Position numbers and translations under genes: made by a program. A stretch of 64,000 nucleotides of DNA from an uncultured Planctomycetia bacterium (GTDB lineage Bacteria; Omnitrophota; Gorgyraeia; Tantalellales; Tantalellaceae). Location of the stretch: positions 236,726-300,725 of the forward strand of contig CAYQUS010000001.1 of the NCBI GenBank assembly GCA_964421015.1. The letters are read 5' to 3'. Every line of letters starts with the position of its first letter. The stretch's first letter is position 1. Shown here piece after piece: positions 28,727-38,534 of this stretch. The notes under the pieces are model-generated. The model had not been told where the DNA came from. It was given only the letters and a program-made list of their open reading frames with translations, and did not search any database.

Positions 28727-29242
28727 CTATTTTTTAAGCGTTTTTTTCTTTATTCTTTTCCTGGCGTATCCCATCAGCCCGCCGCTGGATATCATCTCTT
28801 TGAGAAATTTCGGGAAAACATCCGACTTGAAAGTTTTTTTACTTCCCGACTTAACTATCTCGCCTTTTACGGCGTCTACCTCTACCTTGTCGCCTGTTTT
28901 GAGATTCTCAGCGGCCTCATCGCTCGTAAAGATAGGAAGCCCTATATTGATGGCGTTCCGGTAAAAGATCCTGGCGAAACTTTTAGCTATAACACATGAA
29001 ACCCCGAAAGCCTTTATCGCTATCGGGGCATGTTCTCTCGAAGACCCGCACCCGAAATTCTCCCCGCCCACTATAATGTCACCCTGTCCGGCCTTTTTAA
29101 CGAATTCCGGATCGGCATCCTCCATACAGTGCCTGGCAAGCTCCGCGGGATCCGATGTATTGAGATACCTCGCCGGGATTATTTCGTCGGTGTTTACATT
29201 GTCTCCGAATTTGTAAACCTTGCCTGAAAATTTCATATTCAA
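28727..29242 (-). CDS. leuD: 3-isopropylmalate dehydratase small subunit
   Basis: 171 aa aconitase swivel domain (FGDNVNTDEIIPARYL). Confidence 0.88.
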   Translation of the reverse strand: MNMKFSGKVYKFGDNVNTDEIIPARYLNTSDPAELARHCMEDADPEFVKKAGQGDIIVGGENFGCGSSREHAPIAIKAFGVSCVIAKSFARIFYRNAINIGLPIFTSDEAAENLKTGDKVEVDAVKGEIVKSGSKKTFKSDVFPKFLKEMISSGGLMGYARKRIKKKTLKK

Positions 29243-29274
29243 CCTCTCTGGTTATGCGATAAAGTGCCGCGCTT

Positions 29275-30555
29275 TCATATGTCCGACGGATGCGCTATCA
29301 CGCCTTTCACCGCTGATGCCGCCGCTATGGCCGGGTTAGCCAGATAAACAAGACTTTTAGGATGCCCCATCCTTCCGACAAAATTACGGTTCGTAGTAGC
29401 CACAGCCACTTCCCCCTCGGAAAGAATACCCATGTGACCGCCCAGGCATGGACCGCAGTTCGGCGTGCAGAAGGTTCCGCCGGCTTTGACGAATGTCTCG
29501 GCGTAGCCTTCCTTGACCGCTTCCATGTAAACCTCCTGAGTAGCCGGAATAACTATTAGCCTGACCCTGGGATTAACTTTTTTGCCGCGAAGCACGGCGG
29601 CAGCCGTCCTTATGTCGCTTATTCTCCCGTTCGTACAGGAACCTATGACCACCTGGTCTATCTTTACACCTTTGTAGCTTCCCACCGGTTTCCCGTTGGA
29701 AGGCAGGTTCGGAGCGGCCACTACCGGTTCGAGTTTCGACACATTGTATTCCCTGGTCTCGGAATACACGGCGTCCTTGTCGCTTTTCACTGTTTTGTAG
29801 GTCTTGCGGGAAGGACCGTACTTGCGTATCGCGTTCTTTACATATTTCTCAGTTATCTTGTCTGCCGGGATTATACCGTTCTTGGCTCCGGCCTCCACAG
29901 CCATGTTGCAAATACTGAACCTGTCATCCATTTCAAGGTACTGCAGCGTGTCCCCTTCGAACTCAAGCGCCTTGTAAAGAGCGCCGGAAACTCCCAGATC
30001 GGAAATTATGTGCAGTATGATGTCCTTTCCCCCGACCCATTTCCTCGGCTTTCCCGTCAGGACTATCTTTATGGTCTCCGGCACCTTAAGCCAGCATTCC
30101 CCGAAAGCCATTGCGTAAGCAAGATCAGTGGATCCCACTCCCGTGGCGAAGGCTCCCACAGCCCCGTGCGTACAGGTATGCGAATCGGCGCCTATCATGA
30201 GATCCCCGGGAAGCACTATGCCCCGTTCCGGCAGAAGAGCATGTTCCACCCCCATATCCCCAAGTTCGAAATAATTCTCTATTTTGAACTCATTGGCAAA
30301 ATCTTTAAGTATCCGGGCCTGATTGGCGCTTCGCATATCCTTCGCAGGCAGAAAATGGTCCGGCACAAGGACTATCCTTTTTGTGTTGAAAACCTTGGAA
30401 AGCCCAAGCTCCCTGAATTCCTTTATCGCTATGGGGCTTGTAACGTCGTTACCCAGACAGAGATCCACGTCGGCCATTATGAAATCCCCGGGCGCTATGC
30501 TTTTTACTCCTTTCGCTTTGGAAAGAAGTATTTTTTCGGTTATCGTATATCCCAT
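29275..30555 (-). CDS. leuC: 3-isopropylmalate dehydratase large subunit, short (archaeal/type-2) form
   Basis: 426 aa aconitase-family catalytic domain with conserved Cys ligands. An AAGGAG SD lies upstream. Confidence 0.88.
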   Translation of the reverse strand: MGYTITEKILLSKAKGVKSIAPGDFIMADVDLCLGNDVTSPIAIKEFRELGLSKVFNTKRIVLVPDHFLPAKDMRSANQARILKDFANEFKIENYFELGDMGVEHALLPERGIVLPGDLMIGADSHTCTHGAVGAFATGVGSTDLAYAMAFGECWLKVPETIKIVLTGKPRKWVGGKDIILHIISDLGVSGALYKALEFEGDTLQYLEMDDRFSICNMAVEAGAKNGIIPADKITEKYVKNAIRKYGPSRKTYKTVKSDKDAVYSETREYNVSKLEPVVAAPNLPSNGKPVGSYKGVKIDQVVIGSCTNGRISDIRTAAAVLRGKKVNPRVRLIVIPATQEVYMEAVKEGYAETFVKAGGTFCTPNCGPCLGGHMGILSEGEVAVATTNRNFVGRMGHPKSLVYLANPAIAAASAVKGVIAHPSDI

Positions 30556-30639
30556 GACACTCTCCTTATACGGAAGATATTTAGAAACCCTAAAACCACC
30601 GACCGTTACACGTGCCGGAACCGTTTCTTACGAAGTGCC

Positions 30640-30668
30640 AGTTTACCAAATTTCGTATTCAAAATCAA
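30640..30668 (-). promoter_or_regulatory. Candidate promoter TTGATT, 17 nt, TAAACT for leuCDB-asd, with a leader of about 78 nt.
   Basis: Read directly from the minus strand. Confidence 0.35.
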
Positions 30669-30765
30669 TCAGGTATTTGCCGTGATTTTTTGCCATGCAA
30701 CGGTTAAGTAAGTATACAAAACCCGCATACTCGGATATAATGTCTTTTTTTGGAGGAACCATAGG

Positions 30766-32139
30766 ATGAAACTTACCTCTTCTCAAAAAGATGTTTTTTT
30801 ACTCACTGCCGTTTCGGCCTTTGTCCTTCTATGGAACATCTGGACCGGGAGCCTTCTTTCCTGGGACGAAGCTTTCTACGGCTCCGTCTCCAAAGAGATA
30901 CTGAGGACCGGAGACTGGATAAACCTTTACTGGGCCGGCTCTCCCTGGAGCGACAAACCGCCTCTATACATGTGGGTCACGAACGTTTTTTATAACCTGT
31001 TCGGAATAAACGAATTCTCGGTAAGGCTGTTCTCTTCTCTTTGCGGAACAGGCACGGTGGTCGCTGTATACCTTTTGTCCAGGGAACTTTATTCCAGGCG
31101 CGCCGCGGTAGCATCATCGCTCGTTTTGCTCACTACCTGGCATTTTATATGGTCGTCAAAGGTCGGCATGCTGGACTCTACCCTCACCTTTTTCATAACT
31201 CTATCGCTTCTTTTGTTCCAGCTAGGCCTCACAGAAAGAAAGTTCCTCTTTTTTGTGCCGATAGCTTTTGCCCTGGCTTTCCTTACAAAGGGCCCGGGGG
31301 CTGCTGTAATACCGTTAATAATCCTAATGTACGCGTTCCTCTCTAAAAAACCCGGGATACTGCTCGATGCGCGGCTCGTCGCCGGGGCCTTTATAGCCGC
31401 GGCTGTGCTTCTATGGTGGCACCTGGCGGTATACGCGAATTACGGCCAGGGTTTCATAAAAGATTACTTCATAAAACATCTCGTCATGAGGACCACCACT
31501 GCGGTAGAAGGTCACACAGGGGATCTTTTAACGTACTTCGGAACAATCCCGAACAAGGGACGGCCCTGGTCTATGGCGGGTCTCGTTCTTTTGCCCCTGG
31601 CCGCGGCGATGGCTATCTTCAAGAAAGAAAAACAGCATCTTCTTCCGATTATATGGGCGGGATCGGTAATTCTTATATTCAGCGCCGTTCAAACAAAGAT
31701 CCACTGGTATATAGTGCCTGTTTACCCGGCTCTTGCCATCCTCACGGGATGGGGAATAGAAAAGATCGCGGGGAAATATACCATACCCGTCGTATTGGCT
31801 CTCTCAACCCTTTCGTTGATATACCTCACAGTTGAAAAAAATATCTTTGATCTTGATTATTCTCCCAGTATCAAGGAAACCTATCTTGAGGTGCTTTCCG
31901 ACACCTCCGGAAAAGAAAAGCTTTTCCTTTACGACATTTCAGATCCGGGAATGCAGTTCTATCTCGGGTGGGAAGGAAATAACATCCGAAACGAGAAGGC
32001 TCTCAGGACCGCGATGCGCTCCGGGGACGTTTATATCCTGCTGAATAAAAATAACGCTGGACGCCTGGGTTCTGAAAAATACAGAGTGATATCCGAATAT
32101 CCGGACCATATGCTTATAAGGCCAGGTGACGGGAAATAA
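30766..32139 (+). CDS. GT39/PMT_2-family (ArnT-like) polytopic membrane glycosyltransferase. It is the only plus-strand gene in the window.
   Basis: 457 aa, multi-TM. The N-terminus LSWDEAFYGSVSKEIL...DKPPLYMW is typical of GT-C glycosyltransferases (ArnT/PMT). A GGAGG SD and a TATAAT at 30736-30741 lie upstream. Confidence 0.8.
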   Translation: MKLTSSQKDVFLLTAVSAFVLLWNIWTGSLLSWDEAFYGSVSKEILRTGDWINLYWAGSPWSDKPPLYMWVTNVFYNLFGINEFSVRLFSSLCGTGTVVAVYLLSRELYSRRAAVASSLVLLTTWHFIWSSKVGMLDSTLTFFITLSLLLFQLGLTERKFLFFVPIAFALAFLTKGPGAAVIPLIILMYAFLSKKPGILLDARLVAGAFIAAAVLLWWHLAVYANYGQGFIKDYFIKHLVMRTTTAVEGHTGDLLTYFGTIPNKGRPWSMAGLVLLPLAAAMAIFKKEKQHLLPIIWAGSVILIFSAVQTKIHWYIVPVYPALAILTGWGIEKIAGKYTIPVVLALSTLSLIYLTVEKNIFDLDYSPSIKETYLEVLSDTSGKEKLFLYDISDPGMQFYLGWEGNNIRNEKALRTAMRSGDVYILLNKNNAGRLGSEKYRVISEYPDHMLIRPGDGK

Positions 32140-32160
32140 CGCCCCGGCTTCGGCCGCTCT

Positions 32161-32895
32161 TCAAAATACCGGGATAGAATCCAGAAGTTTCCTGGTATAA
32201 GGGTCTTTAGGGTTAGTGTATATCTCCTCTCTGGAAGATATCTCGACCATGAGCCCGTCTTTCATTACCCCGACAGTGTCTGACATGAACTCCACTACTC
32301 TTAGATCGTGAGATATGAAAAGATACGTAAGGGAAAGCTCTTCCTGAAGATCCTTCAATAAGTTCAGGATATCCGCCTGAATGGAAACATCAAGGCTGGA
32401 AACAGGCTCATCGAGTATTATAAGTTCCGGCCCTTTGATAAGCGCCCTTGCTATGGCTATCCTCTGCCGCTCCCCCCCGGAGAACTGATGGGGATATTTG
32501 TCGACCGTGGAAAGAGCGTCAAGCCGCACCTTCCACAGTACGCTGTTCACTCTTTCCGCGATCTCATTTTTTCTCACACCTTTCACAAGAAGCGGTTCAC
32601 CCACTATCTGTCTGACAGTCATCCTCGGGTTCAGGGAACCGTAGGGATCCTGAAAAACCATATCTTTCTCACCGCTTATGGTCACCTCTCCGTCATCGGG
32701 TTTAAGTATCCCCGCCGCCAGTCTTGCCACAGTGGACTTTCCCGATCCGGACTCCCCGACAAGCCCGAAAGTTTTTCCCTTCCGGCAGAAGAAAGTCACG
32801 CCGTCGACCGCTTTCACGGTCTTTCGCGAAGAACTCAAAAAACCGGTATCGGTAAAATGTTTTTTTACGTTTTTAAAGCAAAGTACATCAGCCAT
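32161..32895 (-). CDS. Peptide/nickel ABC transporter ATP-binding protein (DppF/OppF-like)
   Basis: 244 aa. Walker A GESGSGKST and an ABC signature. It is the last gene of a five-gene cassette. Confidence 0.85.
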   Translation of the reverse strand: MADVLCFKNVKKHFTDTGFLSSSRKTVKAVDGVTFFCRKGKTFGLVGESGSGKSTVARLAAGILKPDDGEVTISGEKDMVFQDPYGSLNPRMTVRQIVGEPLLVKGVRKNEIAERVNSVLWKVRLDALSTVDKYPHQFSGGERQRIAIARALIKGPELIILDEPVSSLDVSIQADILNLLKDLQEELSLTYLFISHDLRVVEFMSDTVGVMKDGLMVEISSREEIYTNPKDPYTRKLLDSIPVF

Positions 32896-33691
32896 CGGCC
32901 GTCAGCCTTCTTCTTTTATCGCCTATCCGCGGGACACAGTCTATGAGCTTCCTGGTATATTTTTCTCGGGGCGACCTTAGGACCTCTTCTCTGGTCCCCG
33001 TTTCTATTATCCTGCCGTCTTTCATGACAGCCACTCTGTCAGCTATCATGTTAACCACCGAAAAATCATGCGTGATAAAAAGAGTGGCAAATTTCCTTTC
33101 CTTTTGCAGGAACAGTATCAGGTCCAATATCTCCTTCTGTATTGGTACATCCAGGGCTGTAGTAGGTTCGTCAAGTATAAGCACCCTGGGAGAAAGGACA
33201 AGAGCCATAGCTATCATCGCCCTCTGCCTCATGCCCCCTGAAAGTTCATGCGGGTAACTGTTCAGGACAACCTGGTCCAGCCTTACGGATCTTATGATGT
33301 CGCATATCAGCTTCGAAGAATCCGCGCGCGGCATGTCAAAATGGGCGTCAAGGGCCTCCTGTATCTGAGAACCCACTCTCATGACCGGGTTCATGGCGGT
33401 AAAAGGCTCCTGGAAGACCATGGATATTTCTTTGCCCCTGATTCTTCTCTTGGCTTCCTTCCTGAGAGTAAAAATGTCTGTCCCTTCCAGGAAAATCCTT
33501 CCCTTCTCACGACGGGAAGATTCCGGAAGCAAGTCCATCGCCGCCAGGCCGGTGAGGGTTTTTCCGCTCCCGGATTCTCCTACAAGCGCCAGTACCTCTC
33601 CGCCGTGTATATCAAAACTTACCTCGTCTATGACGTAACGGCCGCCTATGCGGACCTTAAGCTCTTCAACCCTGAAAACCGGCATTTCCAT
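32888..33691 (-). CDS. Peptide/nickel ABC transporter ATP-binding protein (DppD/OppD-like)
   Basis: 267 aa. Walker A GESGSGKT and LSGGMRQR. Confidence 0.85.
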   Translation of the reverse strand: MEMPVFRVEELKVRIGGRYVIDEVSFDIHGGEVLALVGESGSGKTLTGLAAMDLLPESSRREKGRIFLEGTDIFTLRKEAKRRIRGKEISMVFQEPFTAMNPVMRVGSQIQEALDAHFDMPRADSSKLICDIIRSVRLDQVVLNSYPHELSGGMRQRAMIAMALVLSPRVLILDEPTTALDVPIQKEILDLILFLQKERKFATLFITHDFSVVNMIADRVAVMKDGRIIETGTREEVLRSPREKYTRKLIDCVPRIGDKRRRLTADG

Positions 33692-33717
33692 TATGTTATC
33701 TCCATGGTATAGCTAAA

Positions 33718-34500
33718 CTATCTTTCTATGCTCATCCTGGGATCCAGGATCTCCCTTAATCCTTCACCGATGAGGTTAAAACTGAGCACTGTCACCAATA
33801 TAGCCATGCCCGGGAACGCTGTAAGCCACCAGGCATAATCTATATAACTTTTCCCGGCGGTAAGGATGTTACCCCAACTGGGCGCCGGTATCTGAACGCC
33901 GAGACCCAAAAAAGAAAGAGCGCTTTCTACCAGTATAGCCCCTCCCACGCTCAAAGTTGCGCTCACGTATACAGGAGCCATCGCGTTGGGAAGAATGTGC
34001 CTGAAAATTATCCTGAGGTCCGAGACCCCCTCGACCTTTGCCGAACAAACAAAATCCCTCTCTCTCAAGGTGAGGAACTCTGCCCTTACGAGCCTGCAAA
34101 GACCGGGCCAGCTGGTAAATCCGATGACCGTCATCACATTAATTATGCTGGGACCGAGAAAAGTTATTACCATCATTATGAGAAAAAAAGTGGGAAAACA
34201 ATACATGACCTCGACCACTCGCATTATGACACTATCCAGTTTCCCGCCGTAATAACCACTCACGCCCCCAAGCGCCAGACCTATAAAGAGCGATATAGCT
34301 ACAGCGATAAATCCGACGCTTAATGAGACCCTTGCTCCGTAGACCATCCTGCTGAAAACGTCCCGGCCCAGGTTATCCGTCCCGAAAAAATGCCTCGCTG
34401 AAGGGGGCTGCAGCCTGGCTTCTACCGAAAGATCCATCTCAAGGGGATCATGCGTGGCCACAACAGGGGCAAAAACCGCCATGAAAGCCATGAGGCCCAC
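33718..34500 (-). CDS. ABC transporter permease (DppC/OppC-like)
   Basis: 260 aa with BPD-transporter inner-membrane domain features. Confidence 0.8.
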   Translation of the reverse strand: MGLMAFMAVFAPVVATHDPLEMDLSVEARLQPPSARHFFGTDNLGRDVFSRMVYGARVSLSVGFIAVAISLFIGLALGGVSGYYGGKLDSVIMRVVEVMYCFPTFFLIMMVITFLGPSIINVMTVIGFTSWPGLCRLVRAEFLTLRERDFVCSAKVEGVSDLRIIFRHILPNAMAPVYVSATLSVGGAILVESALSFLGLGVQIPAPSWGNILTAGKSYIDYAWWLTAFPGMAILVTVLSFNLIGEGLREILDPRMSIER

Positions 34501-34551
34501 TATCGATATGCCGAATATTATCCTGGAGTTGATCTTCTTCAGTTTTTCTCC

Positions 34552-35532
34552 CTATTTATGTCTTTCAAACCTTATCCTTGGGTCTATCATTACATAAGCC
34601 GCGTCAGATAATAGTATGCCTGCAAGCGTAAGCAGTGTGGCCATCACGCCTACTCCCATGACCACGGGATAATCGTAGTTCATTATGGCCTCGTATCCAA
34701 GCCTTCCCATCCCCGGCCACGAGAAGATGGTCTCAAAGATAAAACTTCCAGATATCAGGACCGGCAGAGTAAGCCCCAGTATAGTAACTATCGGCAGAAG
34801 AGCGTTCCCGAGAGCGTGCACAAGTATCACTCTTCCTTCTCGCAGACCTTTTGCCCTGGCGGTAAGCACATAATTCTCCTTCAAAACTTCCACCATGCTG
34901 GAACGGGCATATCTTGAAAGAGCGGCCAGTCCCCCGAAAGCCGTAGCCGCCAGAGGAAGTGCTATGTGCATTACAAGATCCTTGATCTGCTCTCCCAGGG
35001 ACAGATACTGGGTATACCATGGCCTCATCCCCGATACAGGGAACCAACCTAATTTAAATGAAAAAAGAAAAACAAGCAACATCGCCAGCCAGAAAGTAGG
35101 CATAGCATAACCTATGAACACGAAAACCGTGGCCGCGCGGTCAAAAAAAGAGTTCCGTTTCACCGCGCTTATAACGCCTATGGGAACCGCCAGAGCAAAT
35201 ATCAGCAGGACGGAACAAGTCTGCAAAAGCAGCGTCGCCGGCAGATGGGCCATGACTTTCTCTATTACCGGCCTGTCGTCTATCAGGGATCTGCCGAAAT
35301 CCAGAAGCAGAAATCTTTTAAGCCACATGAAATACTGTTCTATAACGGGCCGGTCGAGACCGTACATTTCCTCGAAAGCTTCCCTGGCAACGCCTGACAC
35401 CTCCGGGTTAAGCCCATACCTTATGCCGGCTGGATCGCCAGGCGCAAGGTGCATGATAAGGAACATTATGAGCGATATCCCAAAAAGCATGGGGATCATC
35501 GTGACGAGCCTCTTCAATATGTACTTTTTCAT
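34552..35532 (-). CDS. ABC transporter permease (DppB/OppB-like)
   Basis: 326 aa polytopic protein with a typical DppB N-terminus (ILKRLVTMIPMLFGISLI). Confidence 0.8.
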   Translation of the reverse strand: MKKYILKRLVTMIPMLFGISLIMFLIMHLAPGDPAGIRYGLNPEVSGVAREAFEEMYGLDRPVIEQYFMWLKRFLLLDFGRSLIDDRPVIEKVMAHLPATLLLQTCSVLLIFALAVPIGVISAVKRNSFFDRAATVFVFIGYAMPTFWLAMLLVFLFSFKLGWFPVSGMRPWYTQYLSLGEQIKDLVMHIALPLAATAFGGLAALSRYARSSMVEVLKENYVLTARAKGLREGRVILVHALGNALLPIVTILGLTLPVLISGSFIFETIFSWPGMGRLGYEAIMNYDYPVVMGVGVMATLLTLAGILLSDAAYVMIDPRIRFERHK

Positions 35533-35563
35533 GCAATCTCCAGGCTGCCTTGAGCGTATAGCG

Positions 35564-37222
35564 TTAGAAACTGTATTTCACTTCCTTTTCGGGAACATAC
35601 CAGTCTATAAGATTATACCCTATTCCGGCCGGAGCCGGTTCTATGCCTTTTACCCTGCGGTTTACGGCTGGCAAGGCGTAAGGCACAAAAAGAAAAGTAT
35701 ACGGCGCCTCTTCGGCTATTATGCTGTGGGCCTGCCTGTATATCATCTTTCTTTTTTCGGGATCGAATTCCCTTCGTCCTTCTTCAATAAGCCTGTCAAC
35801 ATCGGGATTGGAAAACGACACGAAGTTAAGGCCACCTTCGCCCGCTGAACTTGAATGCCATACGGCGAAAATGTCGGGGTCGGCCGGCACTGTCCATCCC
35901 AGAATAACGGCCTGGAAATTTTTCTTATCGACGAACTGATCAAGAAACGCCGACCATGCCACAACCTGTATCTCGGTCTTTATCCCGAGCTTGGCCCATT
36001 GACTCTGTATGACCGTGGCCGCGTCTTCCCTGACCTGGCTGCCCTGATTCGTGACTATGACTATCTTCAGCTCTTTTCCGTCTTTCGTAAGCGTTCCCGA
36101 CCCGTCCACATCCGACCAACCGGCTTCTCTTAAAAGCATGGCTGCTTTCATTATGTCGTACCCGTAAGCGCGAGCGGAGTCGTTATAATAAGGCGAACCT
36201 TTTATAAATGGTCCGGTGGTAGGCTCACCTTCGCCAAGAAGCACAGAGTCGATTATCTCTCTCTCGTTTATAGAGTAACTCAGGGCCTGTCTAACCCTCT
36301 TATCGGCGAGAATGGGGTCTTTCATGTTATACCCGATGAAAGTATATGACTGAGAAAGGTAACGGTACTTGGCTATCCTGCTCCTGAACTCCTCCGTCTC
36401 GCTCCTGTAAAGGAACTGGTACGGATTAAGGTCCATTGAATCTATTCCTCCCGTGACAAGTTCTATGAACTGGACGCTCTGGTCGGGGATTATGCGGTAA
36501 ACATACCTTTTAAGACGGGGCGGGTGGATAAAATACCGGGGATTTGACTCGAGTATCATATGTTCCCCCGTTTTCCATTCGATAAACCTGTAAGGCCCGG
36601 TTCCTACGGGTTTTCTGGAATACGGGCTTCGCCTTATGTCCTCCCCCCGCTTAAAAAGATGCCTCGGGATTATACCCATCCCAAGTTTAAGAAGAGCGGG
36701 CGCGTAGCTTTCCCGATAAACAAAACGAACGGTATTTTCATCCACGACCTCTATTTCTTTTATCTTTGAGTAACTGGAAACGTAAGGGCAGGCCACCTGC
36801 GGATCCAGTATCATGTCGTAAGTGAACTTCACGTCATGGGCGCTGAATTTCTCGCCGTCATGCCAGGTCACACCGGTTCTTAATTTGAAAACTATCTCCA
36901 GGCCGTCCTCTGAAACTTCCCATCCGGAGGCCAGATCTCCCACCACGTTAAGATCCTTGTCCAGTTTTGTGAGCCCGTTGTATACAAGCCCGCATATGGA
37001 ACTCGATGTAACGTCATCCGCGAGAAAAGGTATTAGGATCCTGGCGTCACCAATACCTGAGGAAACATACGCGTCGCGCGGCGTATTACTACCGCCATCT
37101 TCTCCCCGAACATAGTCGACGGGAAAAGAAAAAACAAAAAGGACCATCAGTTTAATCAAAAACGATGGTCCTTTCGGTGATATCTTTCTAAAAGCCCGAG
37201 TAAACACCTTTCTAAAGGTCAC
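35564..37222 (-). CDS. Family-5 extracellular solute-binding protein (peptide/nickel). The start may instead be the internal TTG at 37159.
   Basis: 552 aa with a signal peptide and the SBP_bac_5 architecture. Confidence 0.8.
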   Translation of the reverse strand: MTFRKVFTRAFRKISPKGPSFLIKLMVLFVFSFPVDYVRGEDGGSNTPRDAYVSSGIGDARILIPFLADDVTSSSICGLVYNGLTKLDKDLNVVGDLASGWEVSEDGLEIVFKLRTGVTWHDGEKFSAHDVKFTYDMILDPQVACPYVSSYSKIKEIEVVDENTVRFVYRESYAPALLKLGMGIIPRHLFKRGEDIRRSPYSRKPVGTGPYRFIEWKTGEHMILESNPRYFIHPPRLKRYVYRIIPDQSVQFIELVTGGIDSMDLNPYQFLYRSETEEFRSRIAKYRYLSQSYTFIGYNMKDPILADKRVRQALSYSINEREIIDSVLLGEGEPTTGPFIKGSPYYNDSARAYGYDIMKAAMLLREAGWSDVDGSGTLTKDGKELKIVIVTNQGSQVREDAATVIQSQWAKLGIKTEIQVVAWSAFLDQFVDKKNFQAVILGWTVPADPDIFAVWHSSSAGEGGLNFVSFSNPDVDRLIEEGRREFDPEKRKMIYRQAHSIIAEEAPYTFLFVPYALPAVNRRVKGIEPAPAGIGYNLIDWYVPEKEVKYSF

Positions 37223-37727
37223 CCTCTTTTTTAGTTTCCGTCTGCTCTACGGGTAAAGCTGTGTTGACAGCCGTTTCTACCAGATCTTTCACGGCTGAAG
37301 AACTTTCCCCGGACGCGGCAGGCTCTTCACTGACCTTCGCGGCCGTCCCCGGAATAGCCAAGGGCTCTACCGGCGGCAGTTCGGCCGTTACGTCCTGGGC
37401 TGTCCTCTCACCCTGACTTTCTGGAACAAGCGGTAAAGCGGCAGTTGTTTGTCCTGCCTGACTAAAAGGCAGGTTTCTTCCCTCAAACAGCGACTGTCCT
37501 CTCCTTGAGGTTACCATACCCAGAGCCAGAGAAGTTATTATGAACCCTAAGGCGCTTATCTCGGTGATCTTTTTAAGAAGCGCCGGAGCCTGGGTCCCCA
37601 GTACGGACTGCGCCGTTTCCCCGCCGAACATTTCTGTCAGCCCGCCGCCTCTGCCTGCCTGCAGCAATATCGTCACGATAAGCAGTACGCAAAGCGAAAC
37701 ATGCAGAATTATAAGAGCTATGTACAT
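37212..37727 (-). CDS. secG: Preprotein translocase subunit SecG with an unusually long Pro/Ala/Glu-rich C-terminal tail
   Basis: 171 aa. N-terminus LLIVTILLQAGRGGGLTEMFGG. It sits directly after tpiA, the conserved tpiA-secG arrangement. Confidence 0.85.
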   Translation of the reverse strand: MYIALIILHVSLCVLLIVTILLQAGRGGGLTEMFGGETAQSVLGTQAPALLKKITEISALGFIITSLALGMVTSRRGQSLFEGRNLPFSQAGQTTAALPLVPESQGERTAQDVTAELPPVEPLAIPGTAAKVSEEPAASGESSSAVKDLVETAVNTALPVEQTETKKEGDL

Positions 37728-37729
37728 TT

Positions 37730-38509
37730 TTATCCCTTCTTTTCAGCGTAAAGCTGAGATGTTGTCTTGACCATTTCAACAAAACCGTCGGCTTTGAGGC
37801 TCGCCCCGCCTATGAGTCCGCCGTCTATATCTTTTTCGCTCATAAGTTCTTTTACGTTGCCGGGGTTAACGCTGCCGCCGTAGAGTATCCTGCAGGATTC
37901 AGCCATTACAGGAGAAAACCTCTCGGAAAGAAGCGAACGTATCATCGAGTGTACCTCTTCAGCCTGAGCAGGAGAAGCCGTTTTCCCGGTACCTATGGCC
38001 CATACAGGCTCATAGGCTATTATAAGGCTTTCCACATAATTTTCATTAAAACCCTCAAGTCCTCCGAGAACCTGCTTTTTAACGACCTCCAAGGTCTTTC
38101 CCGCTTCCCGTTCTTCCAAAGTCTCTCCGACGCACATTATGGGCACTAGCCCCGCGTTTATCGCCGCTGCTACTTTTTTATTGACCGTCTCATCGGTCTC
38201 TCCGAAATATTTCCTTCTCTCGGAATGGCCTATTATAACGTAGGAAGCCCCCACGCTTTTTATCATGGCTACTGATATTTCCCCGGTAAAAGCTCCCTCT
38301 TTTTCCCAGTGGCAATTTTGTCCGCCTACTCCAACGTTGGATTCCACCAGCATTTCCGAGACCTCTGAGAGGTTGGTAAAAGGCGGGCAAACTATTATCT
38401 CCACATTGTCCACCGTAAAAACACCGCGTTTAACCGCGTTAACAAGCTCGATGGCCTCGTTTATGTCCTTGTACATCTTCCAGTTTCCGGCTATTATCGG
38501 TTTTCTCAT
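37730..38509 (-). CDS. tpiA: Triosephosphate isomerase
   Basis: 259 aa. N-terminus IAGNWKM and the catalytic AYEPVWAIGTG motif. Confidence 0.95.
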   Translation of the reverse strand: MRKPIIAGNWKMYKDINEAIELVNAVKRGVFTVDNVEIIVCPPFTNLSEVSEMLVESNVGVGGQNCHWEKEGAFTGEISVAMIKSVGASYVIIGHSERRKYFGETDETVNKKVAAAINAGLVPIMCVGETLEEREAGKTLEVVKKQVLGGLEGFNENYVESLIIAYEPVWAIGTGKTASPAQAEEVHSMIRSLLSERFSPVMAESCRILYGGSVNPGNVKELMSEKDIDGGLIGGASLKADGFVEMVKTTSQLYAEKKG

Positions 38510-38534
38510 CTCTTTCCTTTCCTCTTTGCGTTCG

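Noticed and set aside
28056-28964. 302-aa plus-strand ORF
   Set aside because: It is antisense across the leuB/leuD junction.
30010-30711. 233-aa plus-strand ORF
   Set aside because: It is antisense to leuC and runs into the leuC promoter region.
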